A DNA stretch of 64,000 nucleotides, from contig OZ116705.1 of the NCBI GenBank assembly GCA_964199315.1, forward strand, positions 31,124,001-31,188,000. Direction: 5' to 3'. Origin of the DNA: Orbicella franksi. Its lineage: Eukaryota. This document shows positions 38,881 through 52,560 of the stretch, in pieces. Under the pieces are notes generated by a model. That model was not told where the DNA came from. It saw only the letters and a program-made list of their open reading frames with translations, and did no database searches. How positions within the stretch are numbered: the stretch's first letter is position 1; each line of letters begins with the position of its first letter. The translations under genes were made by a program, and so were the position numbers.

Positions 38881-39092
38881 TTTTAAGTTTGTTATGGGTG
38901 TGTAGATCAAGACTACAGTTGACTTAAACCTTAATGACAGCCCTGCTCTGTACATTGTCTATTTCAGTGCAGGTTAATCAGCGGTAGAAAAATGAATTGA
39001 TTTAATTTTAAATTGGTTGTTTGCTTCTTTTTCAAGATAAATATAAAAATAACTGGAAATTGTAAAAAGTGGTTCTTCCATCAAAGCTAAGG

Positions 39093-42000
39093 ATGTCAAG
39101 TTCAGTAAGAAGAGGCGGCATAATGCTGTTGAGGGGGATGAAAAGTCTTCCGCAAAGGAGCAGCGCAACACAACTAAGAACCATATATTCCTTAACAAAA
39201 AGGTACTGGTAAGGCAAATTTTGGTGTAAATATTGCAAATTTTTGCTAGTGAACTTTCAGTTAAAGTTTGCCCATATTTCTCAGATCTATTGTGCAAGGC
39301 TAAAAACAGTGCTGCTTTTAAACGTTTGCAAGGTTTATTTTGACTAAACAGGAACTTTCACTTGCACTAAATAAAAGTTAACTAGTACACTTGGCACATT
39401 TTTATTAAGAACATTCAGTCCAGTCTTCGTCTAAATTGTCAAGATGAAGATCAAATCAATTTTTTTTCTTGTAATATATTTGAAGGTACATTAAAAATAT
39501 ATGTGAACATGTAAGCACTAAAATACAGAATAATGGGAACACCCATAAAATAGCTAATCCCAACCCTGAATCTATTCCCCATTAATCTACAGAATGCTGT
39601 AATTCTTTATAATTATTAATAGTTACTATTACTTCCAAGGATATCCCAAACTATTTTATATCATTTTGTTCCAGATTTGAGTACACAAATTCTCAAATGT
39701 TGTGGCCTTAACATGTAGAAGACATAATATTTTGTTATTAGTTAGTGATAAGAGAAATAAATGTATTATTTACTTTACAGACCTACAGGCCTTTGCAATT
39801 ACCAGCTTCCTAGAGCATTATCTATCTTGAACCCTGAAATCAAGGTAAATAAATGTAGAAGAGCAGGAACTTGGCTTAATATTTTGATAGTTTTTAAGCT
39901 TTAAAAAGCTGCTTCATTAGGATGGTTGTGATAATTTTATATTGATTTTCTCACAATTTAGTACTTCTCTCTTTACCTCTGTTGAAATCACAATCTAGGT
40001 ATTACAAAGACTGTAGACCATGCTTGACTGTGTAGCCCATGTACATGTAAGTGACAAACTTAAACAAGACTTTTATTGTGTGTCCAGCAGGAAGCAGAGC
40101 AAGAAGTGAAAGATCAATCTGAGTCAGGAGAATTTTCTAAATTTAGACTCTCACAGGAGACGATAGAGCAGCTGAAAGGTTAGATTAATTTAATTTATTC
40201 TGTGGCTCAAAATTCTTCATTTGACTAATAAAATGTACTATTGATAACAAGTTCATCTTGAATCCTTATGTGTACACTGTAAATTATAATTAAATATTTA
40301 ATTAGTTAACATCTAGTCTTGATGTATAATTTTTTTTCTTCTTAGGAAAGAAAATCAATTACCTTTTCCCTATCCAGAGTGAAACATTTGATTACATATA
40401 CAACGGTGAAGATCTTATTGCACAAGCGAGTAAGTTTGTTATAGAAATATATTCACATGTCTCAGTCATGCTTATTGCAGATTCTCCTGTTCTTCCTCTC
40501 TGGCTACCTGTTCACAAGTCACACATTTTCATTAATTGTGTTTACTCTTCGCCTATACTATAAAGAAAGCTAAATAGCGTCCTAGGAATATACCTTCTTG
40601 CATTACTCAATTTGTATTCTAACCTGTTTCTATGATGTGGATAGTCTTGTTCCATTGGCTTTTACAACTTTTAACTAGTTTATAAGCAAAAATGTTTTCT
40701 GGATGCTCAAACCAGGTGGGCAAAATGTCTTACAGCTGGACAATTTGCCCAGTGCCCAGCCACTGATAGGACCCTGTTATACAGTACATGTCCCCCAACT
40801 TGCAGTCCCCTAACCCTGGCCTATGGGTGTATAAATATTACTAATAAAAATGATTTGTCTTTTTATAGGAACGGGCACGGGGAAAACGGTAAGTGGGCCT
40901 CGTTTTGTGAAACTGCATCATGCAGTTAACATGGGTATGAATGGACAGCATTAAAACTTAGTCAGCATACCTGTAATTGACTGCAATTCATTATTGTAAA
41001 TAACAACAATGATAATAAATTTATACAAATCTGCACAGAGGAAGTGTCCGTCATGTGAATAGTTGGAAGTTCTAACAATTCCCCTTCCCCACCCCATAAA
41101 GTTCAAACCCCTTTGATAACACAATCTTAGCTGCATTGTAAGTTTAGAACATTTGCCACTTAGGTTTTGTTTCATTTGCCATGGTTTTACACATATATGT
41201 TGTTTTTTTCAGCTGTCATTTGTACTGCCATTAATTGAAAAGCTTAAGTTACAGAAGCTATCTGTTAAGAGAGGAAGAGCACCCATGGTAGGTATCAAAG
41301 TTTTGTCAAGTTATTAATTATCTCCAGCTTTAGATTGATTTTTCAATTCAGGCAGAAGATATAAAAATGAAAGTCATCAACTTGAGAATGTTTTTTTTTT
41401 GACATCTTATTGTGTGTTGTATTGTGCAGGTTTTGGTCTTGACTCCAACACGAGAACTTGCTAAGCAGGTAAGAGTTCTTAAACTTGCTAAAATCCAAGG
41501 GCAGTTGCAAGTCAACCAGTCAATGTGCTTTGCACTGAATGTTTTAAGCAAATGGTGTACATGTACCTCATGAGCTGTGGATTCTGTGCTTTACATTAAC
41601 TTCACAGGTTAGTGATGAGTTTGATTATTTGAAGTCCGATCTTGCTATGCACTGTCTGTATGGAGGAGTGTCTTATGGACCACAAGGTATACATGTACAT
41701 TAATTATTATAGAACAGCCATCCTTTTCTGATCTACATTTTACTTCACAATTTGTTTGAAAAGTGACATCCTGATTTCTCTGGTTCCTGTTCATGCTAGC
41801 CAGATCATGTACAATGTGATTATAATCATGTAAGTTGTGGACAATATTCTCAACTCAGGCCTGCACAGGTAGAGAATAATCATGAAATCTGTAAAGGCCA
41901 TAAAGCTTGAGAGTGGCACCAAATAGATAGGGACGTGGCTTCAAGCCAAGGAAAAATTATGGAGAAGTCTATGAATAAATTTTTAAACAGAACACTGTCA

Positions 42001-45000
42001 GATTGTTGATTCTTGTTTGTTGTCACCCTCTCAGCTGGGGCAATCAGAAATGGACTAGACATTGTTGTGGGAACACCTGGAAGAATCATTGATCACATGG
42101 TTAATGGTACACTGGATCTTACACAGTTGAAGTAAGTGCTGTAGAATTTCTCTGTTCATACAAAACTGCAGCTTCAATTGACTTTACGGTGTATGTAAAA
42201 AGTTAATTTTAACACTTGATCTGTTTTTTTTTGTTTTTGTTTTTAATGAACATTTTATAATGTATGTGTGATGATGTAGTACAACACCGATTGTATCTAA
42301 TTAGTAGAAACTTTTCATCCATTGCAGACACGTGGTTATTGATGAAGTTGATAGGATGTTGGACATGGGATTCGCCCAGTCTGTTGAGGACATCCTTGAA
42401 GAATCATACAACCCTTGTGAGTAAACAAACTTCTCTGTCTAACACATTACCATAACAGGGATTAAAAAGTTGCAAACTAGAGTTATCTGGGCTGTCATGT
42501 AAATTGAAGACCCTGAATGCTGAATATGATTAATTTGGAACAAACATCAGAGTAACTGATGAACAAATCATTTTTTTGGGTTATTTTTTCTTAAGATGTA
42601 AAGTGAATCTTGGCTAAAATCAGTTTTGTGTGGTGTTGAATTATTTTTAATGTTGATAATTATTTGTTTTTTCAGCTAGGGAAGAGAAGCCTCAGACACT
42701 ACTGTTTAGTGCAACATTACCACCTTGGGTTGTCAAGACTGCTGAGAAATACATGAACCATGACAGGAAAATAGTGGACCTTATTGGAGAGCAGGAACTG
42801 AAAGCATCTGAAAGTGTGCAAGTAAGGCAAATCAGCAACTAACTAATAGATGATAAATTGATAGAGAAATGCTTTCAAAATTGAAGCTTTCATTTCTGTA
42901 CTCTGAGACATGCCGACCACTTACCGCACCATATGTTTTTCTTTGTTTGTTTGTTTTTGATAACTGTGTTAACTACTACCTGTTAACATCATCTGCTGAT
43001 ATTCGTATATTTGTTTGTTTACTTTCAGCACCTGGCCATCAGATGTCCGTATGAAGCTAGAGCCTCCACACTGCGTGATGTTGTACAGGTGGGGAAATAT
43101 ATCGATATTGTATTTACTTGTAAGCAGTTGGTAAAGTCTCTGTTCATGAGTCCATAACTCTGTTATCTCATGCATGAAGTAGCCAGGTGCATTGCTTCTC
43201 CAAATGAATGACATGCTGGTCTATTTCACACTGTCCCATGCAATTTTGGTCTGAAAGTAATTTAAAAGTGGTTACCATGTAAGGCTCAATCAATTCGCAC
43301 TTGCTTCTGTTGTGTCTGTTGTCCTTTCCTTTCTTGCCAGTTTAGTAGCTCCTCTTCTCCCCTTACCACCATCCCCGTGTGCAACTCTCTTGCCTTCCCC
43401 CGTAGTTGCCAGTTTCTGTCAGGTGGCTTAGCTTTCTTTGATGAGATGATATTGATGATGATGCTGATGTTGTTGATGACGACGACAATGATGATGATCA
43501 ACCACTAGATCAATTTTGATTCTTTGTATTTTTTTTTTTTTTTTGTCTTACCCAATTTCTTGTTTCTAGGTTTATTGTGGTGCCCACAGCAGAACTCTTA
43601 TATTTACTGACACAAAAAGAGAAGCAAGCAGTTTGGCCTTGAATTCTGTCTTAAAGCAAGTAAGTCACAGGCTGTTAGGCCTTACTGATCCAGTATCAAT
43701 TCAGTGAGAGTAATTTTAGCCAAGTTTCTGAACTTGGTGACTACACACTCACTAAGTGAGAGTTACATGTAGTTGTTCTTGATGTTTGTAGCTCTAAGTG
43801 CAGACTCTGGCTTCATCTACCTGGACACCATAAGATATCAATCTTCACCGGTTACTCATAACTTATACAAGTTACCTAATTACTGAACAATCTGTTCAAT
43901 AAAAAGATGTCTGTTTTCTGTTTTGTTCAGGATGCACAGGTTCTTCATGGAGACATTGCTCAGGAGCAGAGAGAGATAACTCTTAAAGTATGCCTTTGTT
44001 ACTTAATTATTTTCCCCTGATTTGCTAATTATGACAACCTACCCTCACCTCCAGTAGTTAATGTTGTACAGCTATGTTATATGAACAGTACAAAATGTAT
44101 TAATACGTGATTATTTTCATTAGGTTTGCCCTGCTTCTAAAAACTTATTCAAACAAGTCCCAATTCAGAGTTGACATATTTGCAATGTACCTTTAATTTT
44201 ACTGAATTTATGCTGTATTTTGGTTGATTAATGGAACCCCCTATATTCATTCATTCAATCTAATACATTCTAATTCATTCTGTGGTATTGGCAGAGTTTT
44301 CGTGATGGAAAAGTTCGTTGTCTGGTAGCCACAGATGTCGCAGCAAGAGGTTTGGATATCCCAGAAGTTGATCTGGTTGTGCTGACTGAACCTCCTAAGG
44401 TAGGCTTAAAAAAAATACTGCATGTCTCTTCTATTTTATTGAGTCATGAGAAGGATAGCTAGATGGACATTCAAAGTGTAATTCATCAACTTCTGCTACT
44501 CAGAAGAGTACAAAGCTAATTGAGGTATAGTCCTGTACTTCTAAATAATAAAATTTTGAACTACACATGATAAAGATTAGTATCAGGAAAATGCATGTAC
44601 CAGTAACCGTGCTTATGATTTAGGATCTTGATATGTACATTCATCGGTCTGGAAGAACAGGGAGAGCGGGCCGTGATGGAATGAGCATTGTATTTTACAA
44701 GTCAGGAGAGGAACAATTATTACGTGCAGTGGAAAGAAGAACTGTGAGTACTGGCAACAACACTCTTTTTGAAACATTTCAATATGTTTTAATTTGTAAT
44801 CCAAGAAGATATCTTTATCCACGTAGTGTACAGACTTACAATCATGGATATAATATATTTTTAATTATTTTATAGCAAGGTGTTCTTGAGGTAAATCCAA
44901 GCCTTTTGATTGTTTTTTACTATGACAGGATTTTACCATACAGACTGCTTCCATGGAAACGGTCATAAGCCATGTACATGTAGTTATTGTTTTCGAAATC

Positions 45001-47904
45001 AAGCAAGTACCATATATAATGCACTAGTATTTTTATTTTAATAGTAATTTTTAAAAAAAAATAATAAACTAGTAACTAATTTTTTTTTTTTTCTGCCACA
45101 GGGAATTAAATTCAAACACATTTCACCTCCATCAATAAATGAAATTGTCGAAGCTTCAGCAATGGATGCCCAGAAGTAAGAAATTTTGATGATGGTGATG
45201 ATAACAGTGTTAGAGCAACTTATTAATAATAATTTGACTACTGTTGTGTTAGGTATATACAGACGGTTTCACCTGAAGTTCTTGAGAAGTTCCGTGGTGC
45301 TGCTCAAGCACTGGTGGATAAACTTGGTGCAGTGGATGCTGTTGCAGCTTCACTTGCTCACATTTCTGGAACCAAAGAGATCAAGTCACGATCTCTCTTG
45401 ACTGGGCGAGATGTATGTATAAAAACATAATCATGTTCAACCTGGTTTGTGGCTAGATAGCATTTTAATCTAATGTGAAAAGATATTGTTTGGTGAAAAC
45501 TAGGCCAAAATATTGCTGGAATGTGTGTTATGAAAATTTGGTAGTACTGTACAGTACAACAAGAGAATGTTGCAAATTTCTTTCAAGTGATGTTTAGTAG
45601 CAGAAATAAATTAATATATTTTATCAAAGATAACTATAAAAAGCATTGAAGTTCTGGCTTTCAAACACCCTATAGCTGATCATTGTTTTTAAGGAAATGA
45701 GAAGTACAATGGAATCTAGATTTATGTTTTGGATTATCGTAAGTTGAACTTGTGATTGTCCTTGATGTAACCAGTGCTGCTAACAGCTGGTGAATAATGT
45801 CATGTCCTTATGACACAATACCAGTCCAAATATCCTGCATACCTGCCACAATCCCACAGGAAAGGACTGGCGATTTGTATCTTAAAATACAGACTAAGAA
45901 ATTGAGGTTAATGAGATTTTTATTATATCTCTTGCTTCGTAGAAAGGAAAACATTTTAAGTCATGGGTGTAGGGGTGGAACATACTGAGGAAATATCTAC
46001 CAATTTCGATATAATTATTAAGATTCAGCCTAAAACAATGCTGAAGAGACCTCAGTACAAGGCTCTGGGGAATAACTACAGAGTTTGCTGTATTTATTCC
46101 CCAGAGCCTCATGCTGAGGTCTATTGTGTTAGGCTGAATTTTGATAACTGACCATTTAGGGTCGTGGGTTCAAATCCCATCTGGAACTATAGGATTGTTT
46201 TCCAAGTTGATGTTATTTCTACGTTTAAAATTCCTCATATTAGTCACTTTGGAGGGTGGTCTATTATTGGCACTAAAGTTGACCAATCCACTGCATGCAT
46301 GTGTATGTGCATATTATGGACTATAATGATATCATTTATTGTATTCAGGATCACACCACCTACCTACTGAAGGCTCCTGTGGAGATCCGTGGAACAGGTT
46401 ACATGTGGCGTGCAATGGAAAAGACCCCAGAAGTGAAAGACAACGTGGCAGTTATGAGGATGTGTAAAGACAGACAGGTGAGATGTGATGTTATATATTA
46501 AATGCAAACTAATATTAGTTGAACGGTGCTTTCATTGTACAGAATTCTGTCTGATGTTGCATAGACACATAACGTGCTCTGGATTTCTTACTATTACTGT
46601 ATAACTTTTTTAAGGAGTTAATGTCATTGAGCATGCATATTCATGTAGCTGATAGTAAACCACACTTATTAATTGAAATTATTTTTTGTCGAAAAGAGGA
46701 TTCCTCCTTTTTCTTCCTGAGTGCACTTATGTTTATTCCGACAGTTGCTAAAATTTGGTTGATCACACATACTCCTTAAATCCCTGGTTGATGTATTTGT
46801 CATGCATGACAGACTGGCAGAAGCATATCACCTCTTCAAGGTGATATGCTTCTGAGACTGGTTAATATGACCTTTTGCTGACATTGGTCTGTTACCTCAA
46901 CAGAGTGTTGTATTTGATGTACCAAATCAACATCAAGAAAAATTAGAGGTATGGCATTTCATCTCCCTTGAAGTTAGGATGCATTGTGCATGGTTTTCCT
47001 TGAGAATAGTAGGTTTTTTTTACAATGTGATTTAATAACAGTTGGCCAGTAGGAGGACTTCGTTCTTGATTGCGGCTCCAATTAAGTACTTACAGGAGGT
47101 TGTGGCTGGGGACAGTGTGGAAATAGTCCTAAATTTCAAAGTAAATGTGGGCCTTTTCTTTGAAATAAGGAAAGCTGTTAAGTTGCATAAGAGAGGGCCC
47201 CCTCCTCTTGACCTAGCTAAGGTCACCTCAGGGTAAGTCTCAACATAGTGCTACAGCAGGGGTTTCATTGAGGGCCAGGCACTGGGTAAAATGACCACCA
47301 GCGAGGATGATTTTGCCAGCCTGGTTTGACCATCTAGAGGAAGGTTTTTCTTAGAATAAAGTTCTGTTCAAAAAGTTTTATCTGCCTGTGAGAACCAGTT
47401 GCCCTCTTGCTAAAAATGTCAATGAAACCCCTGGCTACAGTACGAACAAATTGTTAATTGAAAAAACTAGTCCAGTGTTGAGGGGTTAAACTATAATCTG
47501 TCCAGGTAAAAAGTTTTAGATGATGGGCAAAACTAGCTGAGCCCTAGCCCTGAGCTGGCCCTTCAGCTTAGCAAAGAGTACCAAATTGAATGGAAAAGTG
47601 TAAACAAGTTTTTGAATTATTTTCATCACAGGAATATTGGTTGGAAGGCAGAGGAGGAGTAATACTTACAAAAATAACTGAACTTCCAGAGCTGCTTGAA
47701 AGACCTCCGCGTGACCCAATGGGCGGTGACAGAAAACCAGGCTATAGAGACAGATATGATCGAGAGGGATTTGTGAACCAGAGAACTGGTCAAAGGGATC
47801 AATCTCGGAGTGGTTATGGTGGAAAGGCGTCATTTGAAAGAGGTTTCATTCCAGATCGTTACCGTGGAAAGGACTCTTACCGCAAAGGTTTCAATTTTGA
47901 TTGA
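39093..47904 (+). CDS. DDX21: DDX21/DDX50-family DEAD-box RNA helicase (DEVD motif, GUCT domain) with a putative mitochondrial presequence; 21 coding exons
   Basis: Motifs read across GT-AG exons: Q motif ([15 protein letters not shown]), AQARTGTGKT (40869-40888), [27 protein letters not shown] (42328-42416), [42 protein letters not shown]-like exons lie at ~46349-46950 and an R/G-rich tail runs to TGA at 47904. The first exons are 39093-39202 and 39781-39844. The symbol denotes family, not proven orthology. Confidence 0.92.
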
Positions 47905-50544
47905 TAAGTGCAAAAAGGAAATTGGACTGTCATCCTGTGACAAGAACGAAGAATTTAATGAGGAAGTTAGATAAGTAACCAAAAAGATTCAGATTCTCAA
48001 AAGAAGATATTAATAACTACTTACTAACTGAGTGACGTCTTTGGGGAAAATTCTCAAACCGAGGCCTAGCTTTATTGACTGAGCGATAGCGAGGTCAATA
48101 CTGCAAGGCCAAAGTTTGCAATTTTCCCGCAAAGACCAAACGTTCAAGGTAAATAAGTTGTCTATTATATGGCTTTTTGCTTTGTTTTTGCAGGTGCGTA
48201 ATCAGCCCATGCGCATTACAGGAGAATAATGCAATGCCCTAGAATTAGTTAGGCAGAGCACATGTTACATCGGCTGCAAACACAAGCCATATAATAGTAG
48301 TTATGATTTCGTATTAACAAGTATAATTATTATGCTTTCATAATCACCCATAATTTGTCTTTACCGATCGTCTCAAAATGTCATGTGCATATGTCACAAT
48401 ACAATATTTCATTTCTTATCTCTGTATGTAAGAGATTTAATTGTCAATTAACCCTGAACCCCCTCAAAAAAGAATTAGTAAATTTTGTCCGCCTTGACTT
48501 TTCACTTTGGAAAATTTTAGAAATAAACAGCACTACAGTAAGTTACTGCTGGTGAAACATTTTATGACATTTCAGTGGTCACCCTAGGATACGAGGATTT
48601 CTTCACCGTTGTTTTGACGTAAGAAGAAAAGAGGTCAATATTGTTTGTTATGATCAGTTTATTTACTGTATTTTTTATTTTATAATGCTGGGTTTCTCAT
48701 TCATGGTTTATCATTTATAGTTATGAACTGCTCACTAACGACATACACAGTATCTTATGCTTCTTTTGTTTTACATAATTTATTAGTTGCTGTAAGTAAA
48801 TGTTTAACTGAAGCAGGAACACACATGTAAGCTTCAGGGTCTTTGACTTGCCTGCTTTTTAAAGTTTTAATGGATCACGCTTGTTAATGGTACAAATTTA
48901 TGGTAAAATATGTTTATAGTTGAAGAGATTCAGGCTATAATAATGGTGAAATGCATTTTTGTTGTTATGTGAAAAGTCATGCTTTTGGTTCAGTTTTTTG
49001 CACATCTCTCTCTCGGTTTTCCAACTGCTCAGCTAATCAAGGAGTTTAGAAAGGCAAAGAGTAGTTTATCAATGAGTCTACCATATTTTGGTTTGAGATT
49101 ACTGGCTGGTAATGAAACCAATGGAAAGATGTTCAAAACAAATAATTAACAGCTTCATTTTTGCAATGTTAACTTGCATAACTGACTTGAGATCTACAAA
49201 ATGTTTCACTGCTATTTTGGTGTTAAAGTATCCAATTCAGTCATGTAAGTTAACATCTTCTAAGTGACATCTTCCAAGTCAGAACGGCTTAACCATAACC
49301 ATGTTAAAACCAGTAAACATATCAACTGAAAACAATGCTACGAACATCTTATCAAACTCAATACAAATTATTTAATTCTACTTCTTAGGATGTTTTCATT
49401 AAGTCCATATTTTTTACTGCTGGTTTTCACTAGGAGCGCATAGTACAGTAAGAAAGACACAATAAGATGTTAATAATCTGCAACTTTTTTTTTTCGAAAA
49501 TTTCCTAAGCAAAACATGCTACTTTACCATACTTCAGCTTTGAGTGCTGCTTTACTTATGCTTAGGCTAATGCACTAGTGAAACCAGCCACCACACCTCT
49601 TGCCAGGGCTGTCATTAAGTTTTCAATCACCTGTAGCCTTGATCTTCACACCTGTAACAAACTTGTCACTTTATGGGTGAATTGTACCAGCTACAGGCAA
49701 GTTCTTCCATACCATCAAGGGCCCATCAAGCATGCACAGCCATAACAGGTGCTATAGGTTACAGCCCTTATTGACAGCCCTGTCTTGCTGGCAAATAGAT
49801 TGCTAGAATAACCTTAGCATAAAAGTCAACACACACTGTGACACAAGTGTCTACTTCCTTAACAGTGTACTTTGAGCATTTTATGGAGCCAGGTTCACAA
49901 AAGTTTTAATTAAAAACCTAAATAAATTATGATATTTTCACTCCCCACATTTGTACTCTTACATTTTGACTCTATGAATGACTTTGTCTAAAATTTGCCG
50001 TCTGATTTACTGTCTTCCTGAGTATCAAAAACTGTCTTGGGTCAAGCTGGGATCAGGCCTATACTTGTTCTCATGTATTCAGGTACATTAAGCTCACAAC
50101 ATTTGGTGCTACATCAACAGCATGCCCCTTTGCTCTCTCCTCCACAGATATTCAGACATTTGTTAGAGAAATCTGCTGTGCAAGGCAAGTGCAGGCACAA
50201 AGTCAAGTGGATCGATCAGGTGCTGTCACTCTTCATGTAACATTTCACCTGCACTCACAATGCTCAGCAGATTCTCCCCACTCCAAAATCACATTTGACC
50301 CTCTTTGGAGTAGATCTATAGCCCCCTCAGTGGTGAATTTTTTTTTAACTCATCAATTGCCTATCTGCTTGAAACAAGAAGTTGATTGTTATTCGGTATC
50401 AAAGCATTAAGTTTTTACAACAAGTGTCATAGCCAGTTTTGGTTCCCATTTGATACCATAATTTTTTTTAATCTGTAATGCAATAGAAAACAGTTCGTTT
50501 ATGTCTGTTAGTTTGTGTGATGACAGTTAATGGCTGGTCTGGTA

Positions 50545-52036
50545 TCATCTTCTTTCCAACTTCTTGAATTTGGCTTCTGTAAACAGAATATAAATTGGAA
50601 TTGTTAATAATTATTAGCAGTTCCTGCATTACCTTCCTCCCCTAAAAGTTGCAACAACAAAAAAAAAAAAAAAAAATGATTTTTGAATATTCCCTAAGTT
50701 TAACCTTTACAATAAATCTGCTACCAAAAAAGTAAAATTCACCCGTGGAGTAATGCTGTATATGCACCTTGTGATTGTACAAAAAGAATGCACCCTACAT
50801 CTATCATGTCACATGCCTCAAAACTGTGTTATTATAAAAAGAATGTTGAACTACATGTAGTATGTGGTCAGAATGTAATTATGATACCAGGATTCAAGAC
50901 AACTTGAGTGTGGAATATGACTCACCTAGTCTCTTGGAATATGCATCTAATCTGTATGCAGCTTGTTCAAGGCTTGCAACACTGTCCTCTACTTTATCAA
51001 TCTGCTCCAAATATGGCTCCAGGCTTTTATCTGAAGGCAATGATTATAGAAAACAGTTGCACTTTTTTTTCTACTGACTGTCACAGTGACTGTTTATGAC
51101 TCACTTAATAACATCAACAGCAATTTTTAGAGAGTTGATTAATTGTTTGTTTCTTTGGGATGATCCAGATAGAGCCCAATAATCCAAGATCTCTCGCAAT
51201 CATGGTACATCAAAGCAACCAGTGGATCCAGTCGGCAAGGATTCGTCAGTTCCTTTGATGCACCATGATCCAAGAATCCTCTCTCTTAACCTTTTCATAT
51301 TCTAAATTACCATACATTGATACAAATCCTTACATTTCTTGTCCAGCTCCCCCATGACTGTGATGAGAGTCTTTGCAGTGTCTGACATTTCACTATATTT
51401 TGTAACTGTCAACTTATTCAGCTTTTCAAGAAGAACATAGTCCTGTATTGAACCTGAAAATAACATCACAAGCTAGCAAGTGAATATATAATAATAAGCT
51501 CAAGTGACCACAGGATCAATGACAATGTTTTGTTGTCCCAGCTATAACGAACCCTGCCATTCCTCACACAATTACCAATACCACTTAAACTCAGCACATC
51601 ACATAAGACTTATATTAAAAGTATTATCTTATTCTCAGAATTAGCTAAGAAACTGGATTCGAGCGAAAATTTGACCATTTGATAATTGTTCAAACTCTGT
51701 ACCATTGGCAAAAGGAGGATTTAAACAACAAAGTCTATAACGTGGTTGCATCATAATTCATGCCCATCGAACACATAATCTACAACATTTCACGTGATTC
51801 TCACCAGCTAGTTCGCCGTTCAAGTACTCTGTTATCTTCTTGAACGCCTCCTTGCAACAATCTTTCAAAGACAGCACTTCGCCACCGGAAGCTTTGGGTT
51901 CATCTAATCCAGAAGGTTCTTCTAACACGGGCTCAGAAGAAACCTCTGCTGGATCTTTAACTATGGCTTTCCCTCCACTCATGGCTTCGTCTTCTTGTTC
52001 TAAACTCTGTGTATTTTGTTCTCTCGTCGCCGCCAT
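50545..52036 (-). CDS. BLOC1S2: Biogenesis of lysosome-related organelles complex 1 subunit 2
   Basis: Exons 52036-51805 (...[17 protein letters not shown]), 51453-51334 ([23 protein letters not shown]...), 51030-50926 ([35 protein letters not shown]) and 50576-50545 ([10 protein letters not shown]). The phases are consistent. Confidence 0.95.
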
Positions 52037-52339
52037 ATTGGATCTAACAGACTTGAGCCCAAATCCTACTCTAAAATAACTGCTCGTTCCCAGGCCCCCT
52101 GGGACTTATGAAATAAGAAAAAGAAGAAAAGAAAAAGTAGGAAATAGAAATGGGAATCAGATTTGTCTCTTTAAGGGACGGTAACTGGGGTTTTATGCGG
52201 TATTGCATCTGTCATTTGTCCCCAGTAACAACAATCAGTAGTGTTATGAAAATTATGAATTTCCACCTCAGTAGATGTTGTGATCCTACGGGTAGTGTAA
52301 AATCATTAAAAACAAGTTACTGCTTAGTCATATTGAATT

Positions 52340-52560
52340 GGGATTTCTGTTGGTTTAATTATTCAACCATATCATCATTTCGTGGTAAGAGTCCTCAGCA
52401 ACAGGGCAAGCCAAGAATGTGTGTTCAAGGGAATCTGGACCTTTGCAAAAAAAAAAACATTCATCATCCGGTTTAATTTTGTATCTTTTAAGTTCCTTTT
52501 TGGTTATTAGTATCCTATGAAGTAGTTTAAAAGAGAATAATATTATTGTCTTCATTTATT
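52340..52560 (-). mobile_element. Fragment of an L1/Tx1-type non-LTR retrotransposon (zf-RVT region)
   Basis: FKLLHRILITKKELKRYKIKPDDEC..FC..PDSLEHTFLAC matches the C-x2-C...H-x4-C zinc finger that follows RT in L1/Tx1 ORF2. No RT is present. Confidence 0.75.

Noticed and set aside
39203-47630. Intronic C/D-box snoRNAs in the helicase gene
   Set aside because: Only isolated TGATGA or CTGA words were seen, with no convincing C/D pair and terminal stem. An Infernal or snoScan search would be needed.
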